This document shows positions 24,901-40,117 of a stretch of DNA of 64,000 nt, in pieces. Both the position numbers and the translations under genes were made by a program. The notes under the pieces were generated by a model. That model was not told the DNA's origin, made no database searches, and saw only the letters and a program-made list of their open reading frames with translations. Source of the DNA: the human T2T-CHM13v2.0 reference genome, Homo sapiens; the NCBI RefSeq assembly GCF_009914755.1, contig NC_060932.1; one strand, written 5' to 3'. Within the stretch, counting starts at the first letter, position 1. Each line of letters begins with the position of its first letter.

Positions 24901-27294
24901 TCTTCTCTGCTGCTAACAACAATGTTAGGGTAAGGTAGGGATGGGGAGGAGGCCAAGAAAGTGGCTGTGTGATATCTGGCTATTATATTAGCATAATGAG
25001 CTGAATTTTCCATAAGAAAGTACCCCATGTCTTTGTTATCATTGTCATTAACAAGCAGTGAGAATAAATTTGTGGCTATGTCTGCCCTTTTGGAGTGGAC
25101 AACCTAAGTAGATATTGCTGTTTAAAGGAGAATGAAAGGATTTTCAGAGTTATTAAAAAGGCAGAAATTCTTCCAACCAAGTAACTACTTCACTGTAATT
25201 GCTTTAGCAAATGATGTGTATACAAAAAACAAACAAAACACATTTTGATCTGCAAATTCAATATGCTAGACATTGTTTTGGTAGCCACACAACATAAGGA
25301 AGTGGCCTGCCATTCATGAACTGAGTAGGAAATCATAACAAATCGACCCTCCTGCAGAACTGTTTTTGTCTCATTTAGATTTGCAATAAAATTTGCTTGC
25401 GTGTATTTTTCTTGTGTAGGTGTACTCCAAATTATATTTTTGTTTACATACAAAAAGAAACAATTTAGAAAAAATGAATTGATTTTTCCTTCTTTTGCAT
25501 TTAAAAGCACAAGTGCCCTTTTAAAGTTTTTCAAATGATGTGGCTTAAATTTGATCAGCAAAGTGCTATTTTTATCCTCATTAATATTTTCTTATCATCT
25601 TGCATATAAAAATGCATCTTTTTTATGAAATGGATTATTATATCACTATAATATGTACACACTGCTATTTTTTAGAGATTTGCTTTTACATGCAGAACAA
25701 AATTATTCTAATCGCTGAAGGAGAGAACTCACAGAACTTACCCTGATAGTTATTACAAAATATGAAAAACCTTCTACAGCCAAAATTTGATTAATTTTTT
25801 TTGCAAATAAAGAAAATTAAAGGACACTCCCTATTTATTTAAAGCCTTGTTAGTTTTGAAACAATGAAGTCAAAGAGTTTATATTCCCTTGGTCCATCAA
25901 AATGTGTATATTACTTAATGTTTATCAAATGCCTGTATGCTAGAAAAGTAAAGGCTTCATGGAGATATTTTTTACCTTTTCTTTTTAAAATGAATCAAAT
26001 CAAACAAGAATCAAAGGTTCTCAAATTAGGTATCTTCTCTGATTTCCAAACCCTTAATTTAAGTTTTAGGAAGTGACACGTTAAACCAAAGATTAATGTC
26101 AACAGTTTAATTATTATCTCAGTGGCTACAGATTGTTTTTCACTTCTGTACCAGATTTTCCTGTTAAGTCCAGCAGCAGCTGTTATGGAAACTTGATGAA
26201 ATTCAATCAATATTTTTTGAATTCCTACCCTGTGCAAGGATCTGTGGTGCTAACTCAGGGCAACAAAAGAAATAAGACTTCATCTAAGCTGCATTCCCAG
26301 AGGCTAGATGTTATAAATACGTCAATGACTATAATTCCAAAACTGGCCTAAGATTCTGTATTCTAGATCTATTTTAACTCATTTTAGTTATTACTGCAAG
26401 GCATTTTACACCAATATTTTAGTCAATTATCCTAACAAGTGAATAGATACTTGTATTTAAGCCAATTTCTAGTCACTAGAGGGTTAAGCGAGTGACTAAA
26501 AATAAAACAGTTCAGGGTAAATGTTTCTGCTTAGGATGAAGGAAACTGAATTGTCTGTCACAACTGATCAGCACACTTTGGAAGAGTTTTCATAAAAATA
26601 TGAAACTGAATCATTTTCCAACAGCTTTAATTCAGAAAAATAAAATCAGAGGAGAAAATAAAATTCTGCCATGAAACATCCAACAATGCAAAGCAGAAAA
26701 TCTTGGAAGACAGATATCTAATAATTTAGAAATAATTGACAGCTCAGAAATTCTAGAAAATAATATAGATATTAAATAATCAAGAAAAATCCTTTTGAAA
26801 GTATAAATTTATATAAAAATCAATTTCTTCTATAAGTATCAATATATAGCTACTACATTTAACCTTAAAAACGTATTATTATATTTTTATTTTGAGCCTC
26901 CATTCAAAATTGCCTTTGGTTCTAAGTACCAAGTTGTATAACACAGGAGAAATACAAAATTTTCCTTAGCTCAATGATTTAGGAAAATAGGAGGATTTAG
27001 GGGAGTTTATATTGGAAAAGAATAAATAGAGTTATGCATATTTGAAGGGCAATTCCATGGAAGAAAAAATATACTTATTTTTGTTGCTCAAAAAAGCAGG
27101 ACTGGCACTAAAGTAGAGAATACACAGGCTTTCCTTCAACTTCAGAAGGGACACTGGGACAACTGACATGGTAGAAAAATGGAAAGTCTGATTCCTAGCA
27201 AATGTGAGGCTCTGTTGTTTGAAATATTCAAGTAGATGCCAAGTAACTATCTGGTGGAGAGTTGGTGTTGAGTAAAAGATCGGACAAGATGACC

Positions 27295-27815
27295 TGGTAG
27301 GCAGAATTTCTAGAAGCAGAATTTCCCAAAATGTGTTGTGTTATATGACAGAGCTGACATTAAGATGGAAAGAGTATCCTAATGAGCCAGACTGAATCTA
27401 TGAGCCTTTACAAATAGAGAGCATTCTCCTGTTGATGGGCAGAGAGGAAGGCAGAGAAGGGCTCAAGGTGTCATTACTGGCTTTGAAGATGGAGGGGGCC
27501 TGTGGGAAGGAAAGGAGGCAGCCTCTGTGACCTGTGAGCAGTTCTTGACTGACAGCCAGCAAGGAGAGGAGTCCTTAGGAGGAACTGGATTCAACCAATA
27601 CCTCCAATGAGCTTGAAAGCAGATTCTTCCTTAGAGTCTCCAGATAAGACCCCAGCCCAGCCAATGACTTGATTTTGGGCTTGTTAGATGCTAAGCAGAG
27701 AACCTAGCCAAGTTCACCAGGACTCCTGACTTACAGAACTGTGAGATAATAAATGAGTGTTTTTTAAGCCATTAAATTTGTGGTAATTTGTTATATAGGA
27801 ATAAAAAACGAATAA
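27295..27815 (+). mobile_element. MLT1 (D/E/F-like) solo LTR
   Basis: 'tggctttgaagatggaggggg', 'tgacagccagcaagg', 'cagaactgtgagataataaatgagtgttttttaagccattaaatttgtggtaatttgtta'. Confidence 0.85.
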
Positions 27816-27884
27816 CTCACCTTAAATATCCATTTCAACTCTGAAATTTTAAAAACTCATCCTGCTTTCGATGATGATAATGCC

Positions 27885-28058
27885 AATGTAGTTTCATTGA
27901 TTGTAACAAATATGCTACTTTGGTGGGGGATGTTGATAATGGGGGAGGCTGTGATGTATGTTGGAGGGGAGAGCAGGAGTATATGGGAAATCTCTGTACC
28001 TCCTTTTCAATTTTGCTGTGAACTCAAAGCTGCTCTAAAAATATTAGAGTCTTAAAAA
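27885..28058 (+). mobile_element. L1MC 3' terminal fragment
   Basis: 'tggtgggggatgttgataatgggggaggctgtg...tatatgggaaatctctgtacct...aattttgctgtgaac'. Confidence 0.85.
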
Positions 28059-28835
28059 AATGATCCTTTAGCAAGAACAAAAATGGTTAAGCAGGAATGA
28101 GCTCTCACTTGATATTAGTAACAACATATTCATATGTTTTTATGTACCCATTTACTTATTCGTATTCTACTTTATTTCAAAAGGAGAGTAGGATGGCTCA
28201 CAAGAATGTTATTGTGTTGCAGTATAAAAATCCCATGAGGTGAACAAATGGGAAATTATCAGGAAAACAATAATATTGGGCATGATGCCAGCAGCTTTTG
28301 CAAGTAAGCCATTGTAATGTTCATATTGATATTTCATCCATCTTTCTGAGCTATGAATAAAGTTCTGAGCTCACAGATGGATTCATACACCTACTACTTG
28401 CCAAGCTGATTCTTCCAGTCCAATCAGCTGGTCTTTGTAGTATGTCAATGGAGTTTTTCAGAGTTCCAAGGAAGAGCTACAAACAGAAAATTGGAGTGAT
28501 GGAGTTTTACATCAAGGTGAATTTTCATCTCAGGCCACTGTCATTTCAGGCCCCCTTTGTCTAACTCTGGGATGAATTTCTGATTTCCCAAATAATTGAC
28601 CAAATGTTTTTTTGTTGTTGAAGACAGTAACATGAATGGCTGAATAACCTACTCACTCAGCAATTATACCTCCCAGACACAAGATTTGATCTTTCTTCTT
28701 TGGCTCATTCATGATGATGGAGTTTCTATATGAACAGCATGCTGCTAGCCTCCCTGGTCAGCAGCTCTGCATTCTGCCTTTTCATCTTAGTATACTGATA
28801 GGTTAGATCCCTAGATATATTAGGTGACTTGGCAC

Positions 28836-29553
28836 TGTTTGGGCCTCATAAAATGATATCCCAAATTTTGGCATTTTGGTATTCTGAACACTTTGAACTA
28901 AAACAAGAAGGCCTCAGAAGTGGCTTCAGAATGAAAGACTTTCTAATCTTCTCATGTCCCCCCAATCCTCAGTAAATGCAGGGAAGGACTCCCTCTGGAA
29001 TTTCCTTATCTGACCAAGGAAACTTATTTCCAAAAGAAATGAATTATCTTAAATCCCTTCCCTAGGAATTTCATCAAATAACCAAGAACGTTTAACAACC
29101 AGAGAAGATAAAAAACTAAAAATCTGCCACCATACACAGATAACCTTTCCATCTATTCTTTTGAGGGCAACTTTGAGAGATTACCTGGAAGACCTTCTCT
29201 GTGTAATAAGGCAAACTTTATTCACAGTGAAGTTCTACCCCTCACCTTCCTGCCATTTCCTGCAAAGCTCAGAGGAAACTTGTCCCAGACCATTGTTCTT
29301 TGGGTTCATTTAATTCCTCTAAAAATCATTTACTGTCCCCTTGCAATTGTCTCACCCCCCATTTCCCTCTCCCTTGTGAAGAAGGCATTCAACCCTCAAC
29401 CATCTGGCCCTTCTTTGAGTCTCATATTTGCAGGACTCCAATATACATATGCACATTAATTTGTTATGGCTTCTTTCTCTATTTATCTGTCTATTGTCAT
29501 TTATTTCAGTAAACCTTCAATGAGTAGAAAGGAAGCTTTCACCCTGCCCCTAA
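28836..29553 (+). mobile_element. MER39/MER31-group ERV1 solo LTR
   Basis: 'tgtttgggcctcataaaatgatatcccaaa...ctttgaactaaaacaagaaggcctcagaag' to 'ccctgcccctaa'; flanked by ggcac/ggcac. Confidence 0.8.
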
Positions 29554-31499
29554 GGCACTAATACTTCTTATAGCACTTATGAAAATTATTATAAATTGTG
29601 TGATTTAATTATCTGATTTTTCTCCTCTTTTAGACAACAGGTCCATGTAACAAATAGACTGAGCTTCTTGTAATCTCTGTCTTATCCTCCCTATCTAGCA
29701 CAACTTAATGTGAATATTATGCACTCAATATAGTTTTGAATAGTTAACTAGATAATTACACTGATTCTTTTCAAATTTGAATTTCTGTGTCTGGGCTCAC
29801 TGCTGGCTCCATCTCTAAAATAATGAGTGGTAATGAGTTAAGGCGGAAAATATGATAGCTGTTAAGTTTCAGGGACTAATCCAGCATTTTTCAAACTCAA
29901 TTTGACCTTTTGAATCCACATATTTTTATTAATAATTGCTTTACAAAATCTGTATTTTCATGTTAAAGATGAACTGAAAAATATGAGCATATTCTGGATT
30001 ATATGAACAACCATCTGATCACTGAGAACGATCATGTGATTTTAGTGCCCACAGATGTTGAAAATTGTGCTGGTGCCACTTAGTTGCAAGTTACTGAGAC
30101 GAGAAACAGCTGTATCTAATACTTTAATGGCATGTTAGAGCTAAGTAAATAGTAAAGGCCAACAGAAGTCTTGGTTCACTCTGAGAACTAAGTTGTCTCA
30201 ATAGTTCTAATGGAGAGAAGTAGAGCGACATTTTAGAATACAATACTAGCATGGGAATGCTGAATTCAGAAGAGCCCACATTGCAATTGTCAGCACCACA
30301 TTTACCTTAGCAATTGGTTTCAATTTGTAGTTGTGTTAAATTGTTGCTAAAAAATTAAGTTTTCTTATTTTATAATTTTGCTTTTATTTAATTTATAATT
30401 TAAAGTTTTATAATCGGGTAAGAGTTGTCTGAGGAATTTATGTATAAAATTGTGGTTTATTTCTTATTAAATTAACACTAAAACTAATATAAGTCAATAT
30501 GGGGCTTCTAAAGAACTATTTTCCTTTAACGAAAAGGGTTTCCTGAGGTTTGCAATTTAGGTAGATTAGTGCATTTAGTAAACAGAATCTTTGTGCTAGA
30601 TACAGTATAAGTCATTATAGGGGAGGAAAAATAATGTTCACTCTATCCTTTTTGAGTTCTCAGCTGGGACTCCTGTAACAGAAGACAGATTAACAAGAGG
30701 AAAAAACCAAAAGTTTATTAACAAGTGAACCATATATGTATAAAATATATGAGAAATACCCAGAGAAAGGAGTAGATCTCAAAGATATTACTTTGAATTC
30801 CACCTTAAATACTATGACTGCTGAAACAAAGAAAGAGGAGTGTAGGGAAGTCTGGTTATGGAGGCAAGGGGGAAGGATTTAGGGTTTAAGAGACAGTGCA
30901 AGATGGTTGAATATAAGCCTCCACTGATCATCCTCCTCATAGGGACACCAAATTTGACAACTATCCACACACAAAAGAACACCTTCATGAGAACTAAAAA
31001 TCAGGTGAGCAATCACAGTACCTGGTTTTAACTTCATATCACTGAAAGGGGCACTGAAGAGGGAAGGAAAGAGTCTTCAATTGCCAAGGCCACCCTACAC
31101 CCATCCCTTGGCAGTAGCCATGTGGCACAAAGAGAGAATCTGTGGGCTTAGGGAGGGAGAACTCAAGAGATTTTGGGACTTTGCATTGAAACTCAGTGCT
31201 GCCCGGTCACAATGGAAAGCAACACCAGGTAGAACTCAGCCTGTGCCCACAGACGGAGCATTTAGACCAGCCCTAGCTAGAGGGAAATCACTCATACCAG
31301 CTATCAGAACCTGAGTTCCAGCAAGCCTTGCCTCCATGGGCTAAATTTCTCGAGGGTCATAAATAAAGTTGAAAGGCAGTCTAGGCTACAAGAATGACAA
31401 TTCCTGGGCAAGTCCTTGTGCTGTGCTGGGTTCAGAGGCAGTGGACTTGGGGGGCATGCAATCTAGTGAGACACCAGCACAGGTGGCTAAAGGAGTGCT

Positions 31500-32600
31500 T
31501 GCACTATTCCTCTCCCAACCTCAAGCAGTGCAGCTTGCAGCTCTTGGAAAGACACCTCCCCTCCACTTGAGGAGAGAAGAGGGAAGAATAAAGAATAATT
31601 TGTCTTGTATCTTGGATACCAGCTCAGTCACAGTAGGATAGGGCATTGGGTAGGGTTTTGAGGCCCCCATTCCAGGCCCTAGCTCTCAGATGACATTTCT
31701 AGAAATACCCTGGGACCAGGAGAGAACTCACTGCCTTGAAGGTAAGTACTTACTTCTGGTAGGATTAATCATCTGCTGACTAAAGAGCTCTTGGGCCCTG
31801 CATAACCAGCAGTGGTACCCAGGCAGTACTCTCTGTGGGCCTTAGATGAAACTCAGATATGTGTGGGCTTCAGCTGTGAACCAGCATATTGCCAGCTATG
31901 GTGCTATGGGAGGGACTTCTACTTAAGAAAAGGAGAGGGAAGAGTAAAGGAGACTTTGTTTTTCAGCTTAAGTACCAGCTCAGCCACACCTAATTGTGGA
32001 CCCCAAGTAGACCCCTAAGTGGACTCTTGGGGTCCACAATTCCAGGCGTGTGCTCTTGGATGGCATTTCTGGACCTGCCTGGGGTCAGAGGAGAGCCCAC
32101 TGTCCTTAAAGGAGGGTCCAGCCCTGACACCATTCACCACAAGCTGATGGAGGAGACCTTGGGCCTTGAATGAACATCAGCAGTAGCCAGGCAGTATTTG
32201 CTACGAGCCTGGAGCAATGGTGGCCACAGGGAGAGACTCCTCTGCTTGTGAAAACAGAAGAGAAGATTGGGAAGGACTTTGTCTTGTGACTTGGGTGCTA
32301 GCTCATCCACAGTAGAATACAGCACCAAGTAGATTCCTATTCAACCCTAGGCTCTGGCTCCTAGAAAACATCTGTGGATCCTCATGGGACTGGCAGTAAC
32401 TCATCACCCTAAAGGGAAGGACACAAGCCTGGCTGGCTTCACCATCTGTTGATTATAGAGCCCCACAGCTCTGAATGAACATAGATGGTAGCAAGACAGT
32501 GGTAACCCTGGGCCTTGGGCAAGACCTAGGGCTGTAGTGGTTTCGTCTGACTCGGCACAGTCCCAGCTGTGGTGACCACAGGGGTACTTGTGTTACTCCT
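31500..32600 (+). repeat. About three diverged ~330-350-bp tandem units in the L1 5'UTR
   Basis: 'tttgtcttg...cttgg.tac(c)agctca.(c)cacagtag' recurs near 31600, 31955 and 32280. Confidence 0.7.
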
Positions 32601-34667
32601 CCCCCAGCTCCAGGCAGCTCAACACACAGCAAGCGACTTTGTTTGTTTGGGAGAAATTAAGGGAAGAGAACAAGAGTCTGCCTGGTAATCCAGAGAATTC
32701 TTCTGGATCTTATCCAAAACCATTAAGGTGGTACCTCTATGAGTCTGCAAGAGCTGCAGTGTTACTGGGATTGGGGTGCCCCTAAATGCAAATATGGCTG
32801 CAGTGACCAAAAATGTAGATGACAACACCCAAGTCCCCTCAAATACCTGGAAACCCTTCCCAAGAAGGACATATACAAACAAGCCCAGACCGTAAAGATT
32901 ACAATAAATATCTAATTCTTCAATGCCCAGACACTGATGAATGTCCACAAGCATCAAGACCATCCAGAAAAGAAAAATGACCTCACCAGATGAACTAAAT
33001 AAGTCACCAATGAGCAATCTTGGAGAGAGAGAGAGATATGATCTTTCAGACAAAGAATTTAAAATAGCCATTTTGAGAAAACTCAGTGAAATTCAAGATA
33101 ACACAGAGGGAATTTAGAACCCTATCAAATAAATTTAACAAAGAGATTGAAATAAAATGAATCAAGCAAAAATTCTGGAGTTGAAAAATGCAGTTGACAT
33201 ACTGAAACATACATCAGAGTCTCTTAACAGCAGAATTGATCAAGCAGAAAAAAGAATTAGTGAGCTTGAAGGCAGGCTATTTGAAAATACGCGGTCAGAG
33301 GAGATGAAAGAAAAAAAAAGAATGAAGTATGCCTACAAGATCTAGAAAATAGGTCTAAAATGGCAAATCCAAGAGTTATTGAACTTAAAGAGGAGGTAGA
33401 GAGAGGTAGAAAGTTTATTCAAAGGGATAATATCAGAGAACTTTTCAAACCTAGATAAAGATATCAATGTCCACGTACAAGAAGGTTATAGAATCCCAAG
33501 TAGGTTTAACCCAAAGTAAAGTATCTCAAGACATTTAATAGTCAAACTCCCAAAGGTCCCAAACTCCCAAAGGATAAAGAAAGGATCCCAAAAGCAGCAA
33601 GAGAAAAGGAACAAATAGCATGCAATGGAGCTCCAATACCCCTGGCAGTAGACTTTTCAGTGGGAACTTTACAGGCCAGGAGACCATGGCATGACATATT
33701 TAAAGTGCTGAAGTGAAAACTTTTACCCTAGAATAATATATCTGGCAAATATATCATTCAAACATGAAGGAGAAATAAGTACTTTCATAGACAAAGAAAA
33801 GTTGAAAGATTTCATCAACACCAGACCTGTTCCACAAGAAATGCTACAGAGAGTTCTTCAATCTGAAAGAAAAAGATGTTAATAAACAAAACAAACAAAC
33901 AAACAAAAAATCTGAAGGTACAAAACTTCACTGGTAATAGTAAGTACACAGAAAAACACATAATATTATAATACTGTAATGGTGGTTTGTAAACTATTCA
34001 TATCTTGAGTAGAAAAACTAAAAAGTGAACTGATCAAAAATAATTACAACAACTTTTCAAGACAGACAGTATAAAAAGATATAAATAGAAACAAGAAAAA
34101 GTTAAAAAGTGGAGAGACAAAGTTAAAATGTAGAGCTTTTATTAGTTTTTGCTTTGCTTGTTTGTTAGGTTGTTTCTTTTCTTCTGCAATCAGTGTCAAA
34201 TTGTCGAAAGTTTAAAATAATGGTTCTAAGTTAGAATTTGCAAGCCTCATAGTAATCTCAAATAAAAAAAAAACACACACAAAATATAAAAAGCAAGAAA
34301 TAAAACATACCACCAGAGAAAATCACCTTCACTAAAAGGAAGACATATAGGAATGAAAGAAAGAAGAAAGAAACACACAAAATACCCACAAAATAACTAG
34401 AAAACAAATAAAAAATAGCAGGAGTAAGTCCTTACTTATCAATAATAGCATTGAATGTAAATGGACTAAACTCTTCAGTCAAAAGATATCCAATTGCTGA
34501 ATGGATAAAAATACAAACTCAGTGATGTATTGCCTACAACACATTTCACCTGTAAAGACACACAGACTGAAAATAAACGAATGGAAAAAGATATTCCATG
34601 CAAATGGAGACCAAAAAAGAGCAGGAGTAGCTATACTTAGACAAAATCGATCTCAGGACAAGGCCTA

Positions 34668-35132
<465 letters not shown>

Positions 35133-35412
35133 TCAACACCCTACTTTCAGCATTGCACAGATCATTCAGACAGAAAATCAACAAAGAAACATCAGGCTTA
35201 ATCTGCATTATAAACCAAATGGACCTAATATAGATATTTACAGAACATTTCATCCAACAACAGCCCAATACATATTCTTTTCCTCAGCACATGGAAAAGA
35301 CATATGTTAGGCCAAATATCCTTCCTCAGTTCAAGGATAGACATATGTTAGGCCACAAAAAATCTATAAATTTTTAAAATATTGAAGTAATATCAAGTAT
35401 CTTCTCTGACTT

Positions 35413-35778
35413 TGTATTAGTTCGTTTTCATGCTGCTGATAAAGACATACCTGAGACTAGGCAATTTACAAAAGAAAGAGATTTAACTGGACTCACAGTT
35501 CCACGTGGCTGAGAGGCCTCATAATCATGACAGAAGGCAAGAAGGAGCAAGTCACATCTTATGTGGATGGTGGCAGGCAAAGAGAGAGTTTGTGCAGAGA
35601 AACTCCCATTTTTAAAACCATCAGCTGTCTTGAGACCCATTCACTATCATGAGAAGAGCACGGGAAAGACCCACCCCCATGATTCAGTCATTTCCCACTG
35701 GGTCCCTCCCACAACACCTGAGAATCATGGGAGCTACAAGATGAGATATGGGTTGGGACACAGAGCCAAACTATATCA
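35413..35778 (-). mobile_element. THE1 solo LTR inside L1
   Basis: 'tgtattagttcgttttcatgctgctgataaagacatacctgagact...gacacagagccaaactatatca'; flanks gactt/gattt. Confidence 0.93.
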
Positions 35779-36054
35779 GATTTCATGGAATAAAACGGGA
35801 AATCAATAACAAGACGAATTTTGGAACCTATACAAACACATGAAAATTAAACAATATGCTCCTGACTGACCAGTGGGTCAATAAAGGAATTAAGAAGAAA
35901 ATTGAAAAATGTCTTGAAAGAAATGATAATGGAAACACACATACCAGAACCTATGGGATAAAGTGAAAGTGGTACTAAGAGGGAAGTTTATAGCTATAAG
36001 CACCTACATCAAAAAAGTAGAAAAACTTCAAATAAACAACCTAATGATGCATCT

Positions 36055-36349
36055 TTTTTTTTCTTTTTTTAAGACAGGGTCTCACTGTGTCACTCAGGGT
36101 GGAGTGCAGTGGTGTGATATTGGCTCATTGCAACCTCTGCCTCCCAAACTCAAACAATCCTCCCACCTCAGCTTTCCAAGTAACTGAGACTACAAGCATG
36201 TGTCACCACACACAGCTAAGTCTTATTTTTTTTGTAGACAAGTTTTCATCATTTTGCCTAGGCTGGTCTCAAACTCCTGGGCTCAAGAGATCCACCTGCC
36301 TTGCCTAACAAAGTGCTGGGATTGCAGGCATGAGCCACCATGCCTGGCC
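36055..36349 (-). mobile_element. AluJ inside L1
   Basis: 'agacagggtctcactgtgtcac...ctcctgggctcaagagatcc'; TSD ctaatgatgcatctt / ctaacaatgcatctt. Confidence 0.92.
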
Positions 36350-37712
36350 CTAACAATGCATCTTAAAGAACTAGAAAGGCAAGAGCAAACCAAACCCAAA
36401 AATAGTAGAAGAAAAGAAATAATAATGATCAGAGTACAAATAAATGAAATTGAAATGAAGAAAATAATACAAAAGTTCAACAAAACAAAAAATTGGCAGT
36501 TTGAAAACAAAAATGAAATTGACAGACCTTTAGCCAGACTAAGAACAAAAGGAGTGACAACCCAAATAAATGAAATCAGAGATGAAAAAGGAGACATTAC
36601 AACCAATATTGCAGAAATTCAAAGGATTATTAGAGGCTACTAAGAGAAACTATATGCCTTAAACTGGAAAACCTAAAAGAAGTGGATAAACTCCTAGACA
36701 CATACAACATACCAAGATTGAACCATGCAGAAATTCAGAACCTAAACAGACCAATAGTGAGTAATGAGATTTAAGCTGTAATAAAAATCTCCTAGCCTGG
36801 CACCTGATGGCTTCACTGCTGAATTTTACCAAACATTTGAAGAAGAACTAATACCTACTCAAACTGTTCTAAAAAATAGACGATGGAATACTTCCAAACT
36901 CATTCTATGGTCCATATTACCCTGAAACCCAAATCAGACAAAGACACATCAGGAAAACAGCAACAACTACAAAAAACAATGACAACAACTATACACCAAT
37001 ATCTCTGATGAACATTGATGCAAAAATTCTCAACAATGTGATAGCAAAACTTCAACAACACATTAGAAAGATCATTCATCACAATCAGATGGGAATTATA
37101 TCAGGGATGCAAGGATGGTTCAATATATGCAAATGAATCAGTTTGATACACCATATCAAGATAATGAAAGTCAGAAACCATACGATCATTTCAATTGATG
37201 ATAAAGAAAGCATTTGATAAAATTCAACATCTTTCTTCATGATAAAAATCCTGAAAAAATTAATTGAATATAGAAAGAACATACCTCAACTAAACAAAAG
37301 CCATATTTGACAGACCCACAGCTAGTAGTATACTGAATGGGGAAAAACTGAAAGGCTTTTCTCTAAGATCTGGAACACAGCAAGGATGCCCAGTTTCACC
37401 ACTGTTATTCAACATCATACTGGAAGTCCTAGCTAGAGCAATCAGATAAGAAAAAGACACAAAGGGAATCTGAATTGGAAAGGAAAAAGTTAAATTATCC
37501 TTTTTTGCTGATGATATGATCTTATATTTGGAAAAACCTAAAGACCACAACTGAAAAAAAAAAAAAAAAACTGTTAGAACTGATAAACAAAGTCAGTAAA
37601 ATTGCAGGATACAAAATCAACAAACAAAAATCAGTTGCATTTCTATGGGCCTGTGGTGAACAATCTGAAAAAGAAATCAAGAAAGTTATCCCATTTACAA
37701 TAGCTACTAATA

Positions 37713-38078
<366 letters not shown>

Positions 38079-39023
38079 CTACAATAAAAACTATAAAACA
38101 CTGATGAAAAAAATTTAAGAGGACACAAAAATGGAAAGGTATTCCATATTCATGGATTAGAAGAATCAAATTGGCAAAATGTCCATTCTACCCAAGGCAA
38201 TCTATAGATTCAATGCAATCTCTATCATAATACCAATGATATTCTTCACAGATATAGAAAAAAACCACTATCTTTTATATGGAACCACAAAAGACCCAGA
38301 ATAGCCAAATGTATCCTGAGCAAAAAGAATAAAAGTGGAAGAATCATATTACCTATTACCTAACTCCAAATTATACTACAGGGCTATAATAAATAAAACA
38401 ACATGGTACTGGCATAAAAACAGACACATAGACCAATGGAGCAGAATAGAGAACCCAGAAAGAAATTCATACATTTAAAGTGAACTCGTTTTCAACAAAG
38501 GTGCCAAGAACATGCACAGGGGAAAGAACAATCTTTTCAATAAATGGTGCTGGGAAAACTGGATATCTACATTCAGAAGAATGAAACTAGACCCCTATTT
38601 CTTGCCATATACAAAAATCAAATCAAAATGAATTATGATTCAAATATAAGGCCTCAATCTATAAAACTACTAAAACATTAGGGAAGTTCTCCAGGACACT
38701 GGACTGGGCAAAAATATCTTGAGTTATCTCTACAAGCACAAGCTACCAAAGCAAAAATGGACAAATGAGATCACATCAAGTTAAAAACCTTCTGCACAGC
38801 AAAGGAAACAATCAACAAAGTGAAGAGAAAACCCACAGAATAGGAGGCCATATTTGAAAACTATCCACTTGACAAGTGATTAATAAACAGAATATATAAG
38901 GAGCTCATATGACTCTATAGGAAAAAAATCTAATAATGGGGCAAAAGATCTGAATAGATATTTCTCAAAAGAAGACATACAAATGGCAAACAAGCATATG
39001 AAAAAGTGCTTAACAACACTGAT

Positions 39024-40117
39024 TATCAGGGGAAACCACCCCCAATATTTCAATGTAGGTTCTTTCTATTTTCTATAAGTGTCAGCCAGCTGAGAAATAA
39101 AGAGAAAGAGTGCAAAGAGAGGAATTTTACAGCTGGGCCACTGGGGGTGACATCACATATTGGTAAGACCGTGATGCCCCCCTGAGCCTCAAACCAGCAA
39201 GTTTTTTATTAAGGGTTTCAAAAGGGGAGGGGGTGTAAAACAGGGAGTAGCTACAAAGATCACATGCTTCAAAAGGCAAAAAGCAGAACTACTAATAAGG
39301 GTCTAACAAAGATCACATACTTCTGAGGGAACAGGACAAAGGGAAAAAGCAAAACCACTGATAAGGGTCCAACAAAGATCACAAGGCAAAGGGCAAAAGC
39401 AGAACTACTGATAAGGGTCTATGTTCAGCAGTGCACCTATTGTCTTGATAAACATCTTAAACAACAGAAAACAGGGTTCGAGAGCAGAGAACCAGTCTGA
39501 CCACAAATTTACCAGGGTGGAGTTTTTCCCCACCCTACTAAGCCTGAGGGTACTGCAGGAGACCAGGGCGTATCTCAGTCCTTATCTCAATGGCATAAGA
39601 CAGACACTCCCAGAGCGGCCGTGTATAGACCTCCCCCCAGGAATGCATTCCTTTCCCAGGGTATTAATATTAATATTCCTTGCTAGGAAAAGAATTTAGT
39701 GATATCTTCCCTACTTGCATGTCCATTTATAGGCTCTCTGCAAGAAGAAAAATATGGCTGTTTTTGCTTGACCCCGCAGGCAGTCAGACCTTATGGTTGT
39801 CTTCCCTTGTTCCCTAAAAATCACTGTTGTTCTGTTCTTTTTCAAGGTGCAATGATTTCATATTGTTCAAACACACATATTTTACAATCAATTTGTATAG
39901 TTAACACAATTATCACAGTGGTCCTGAGGTGATGTATATCCTCAGCTTACGAAGATAACAGGATTAAGAGATTAAAGTAAAACAGGCATAAGAAATTATA
40001 AAAGTATTATTTGGGAACTGATAAATGTCCATATTAAAATGAAATCTTCACAATTTATGTTCCTCTGCCGTGGCTCCAGCCGGTCCCTCCATTCAGGCTC
40101 CCTGACTTCCCGCAACA
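39024..40117 (-). mobile_element. MER11 (HERV-K11/HML-8) solo LTR
   Basis: Reverse complement starts 'tgttgcgggaagtcagggagcctgaatggagggaccggctgg...aacataaattgtgaagatttcat'; internal 'caaagatcaca' repeats; 6-bp TSD actgat/attgat. Confidence 0.93.

Noticed and set aside
29870-30545. Possible old hAT DNA transposon
   Set aside because: Only a weak terminal resemblance ('cagcatttttcaaact'); too degraded to support.
39250-39420. Spaced repeats 'caaagatcaca...actgataagggtc' resembling a CRISPR-like array
   Set aside because: Internal tandem repeats of the MER11 LTR; eukaryotic context, no cas genes.
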